Assembly (NCBI GenBank): GCA_016748015.1
Contig: JAAOMT010000197.1
Span: 220,388-284,387 of the forward strand
From: Geosiphon pyriformis uo1
Lineage: Eukaryota > Fungi > Glomeromycota
Reading direction: 5' to 3'
Length of the DNA stretch: 64,000 bases
Shown piece by piece: positions 63,301 to 64,000 of this stretch. Both the position numbers and the translations under genes were made by a program. The notes under the pieces were generated by a model that had not been told where the DNA came from, did not search any database, and was given only the letters and a program-made list of their open reading frames with translations. How positions within the stretch are numbered: the stretch's first letter is position 1; every line of letters starts with the position of its first letter.

Positions 63301-64000
63301 AGTACTATTGAATGCATGAGATAGACTTGACACAGCTAGTGCATTGGCAGTAAAATTTTTGTTTTTTTTGGGGTCTAATTTTAACACAATTCACTTGGCT
63401 TTGGTTAAAACAAGAAAATTTTACTGCTCTTCTAAGATGTTGAAGTCTAAGCATGCAAAAAAGTCTTGCATCAAAACAGCTGTTAATAAAAAAATAGAAA
63501 ATTTCGAATTGGATAAGGGTTACATTATCAGAAGTGTTTTGGAGCATCTTTTTCATAAGATAGTGCTGAATCATTTGGTTGTGGATGATGAGTTGGTATT
63601 AGAGCCGGATTTAGTTAAATCTAAGATGAATTTGATCATAGAGGGATGAATTAGAAAGTGTAAAGTGGTATCTAACATTTCTGATGATTGGTCTTACCAA
63701 TATTAGCCTTTAGATTATGTTTTTGATGGTGTTTTTTCTGATATAATGTGTCTAATTGGGTTTGATGAAATGTTTGCTGTGGTTTTGAATCTGCCAGATG
63801 GGAAAGCAGCTAGTCTCTCTGGCATCTCGAATGAGTTGTGGAAGCATTGTGACAAGTTAGTATTAGATATGCTATTGGTGTTTTTGAACTTTTGTTTGAC
63901 TTATAAATCAATGTCTGGGTCTTGGAAAAAAGCTTGGGTCTCAATAATTCTCAAACCTTATAAATGGGAATGTGTTCTTATAAATACTCATCTTATTGTT
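60309..64000 (+). mobile_element. Degenerate non-LTR retrotransposon (LINE, APE-type): ORF1 60309-62255; ORF2 from 62255, running past the window end
   Basis: ORF1 has an RRM-like block and CCHC knuckle (C.TKCKQFGHISDVC). ORF2 has an AP-endonuclease start (WKIAMCNVHNIN, VTETKL, GAGVAII, ILGGNFNE, TINY.FVS) and the RT N-terminal motif LPDGKAASLSGISNELWKHC. Many stops and frameshifts. Confidence 0.92.

Noticed and set aside
1-64000. tRNA, rRNA, CRISPR array, SECIS/selenoprotein or PTS1 readthrough signals
   Set aside because: None recognised by eye; no in-frame TGA at conserved positions and no SKL-like extension after the stop codons inspected

Overview
Eukaryotic, intron-rich, AT-rich fungal genomic DNA. 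It is most consistent with an early-diverging fungus (Mucoromycota/Glomeromycotina-like); this is inferred from gene content, short GT-AG introns and the LINE family, not confirmed. The window holds about 21 multi-exon or single-exon housekeeping genes in GC-richer islands: RPL20, IRE1, DAP1, NDUFS2, ERG4, ataxin-10, RIB7, NAA38, YAH1, Integrator subunit 13, SPT4, a CNH-domain protein, TDG, a multi-Myb protein, NUM1, a STE7-type MAPKK, PYM1, GGTase-I beta, ADE13, an Fta4-like protein, a fused pseudouridine glycosidase/kinase, and TRF4. The islands are separated by extremely A+T-rich tracts, and the window ends in a decayed, CpG-depleted LINE. The most notable unexplained element is a ~215-nt GC-richer, extensively base-paired segment in an unusually long intron of the pseudouridine-catabolism gene, a candidate intronic ncRNA or splicing-control RNA. 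Other points of interest are a fungal INTS13/Asunder orthologue, a hairpin-sequestered GC-AG splice donor, a promoter MITE and a TAATG ORF1/ORF2 junction in the LINE. Exon boundaries and RNA pairings were read by eye, and gene identities rest on recalled motifs rather than database searches.
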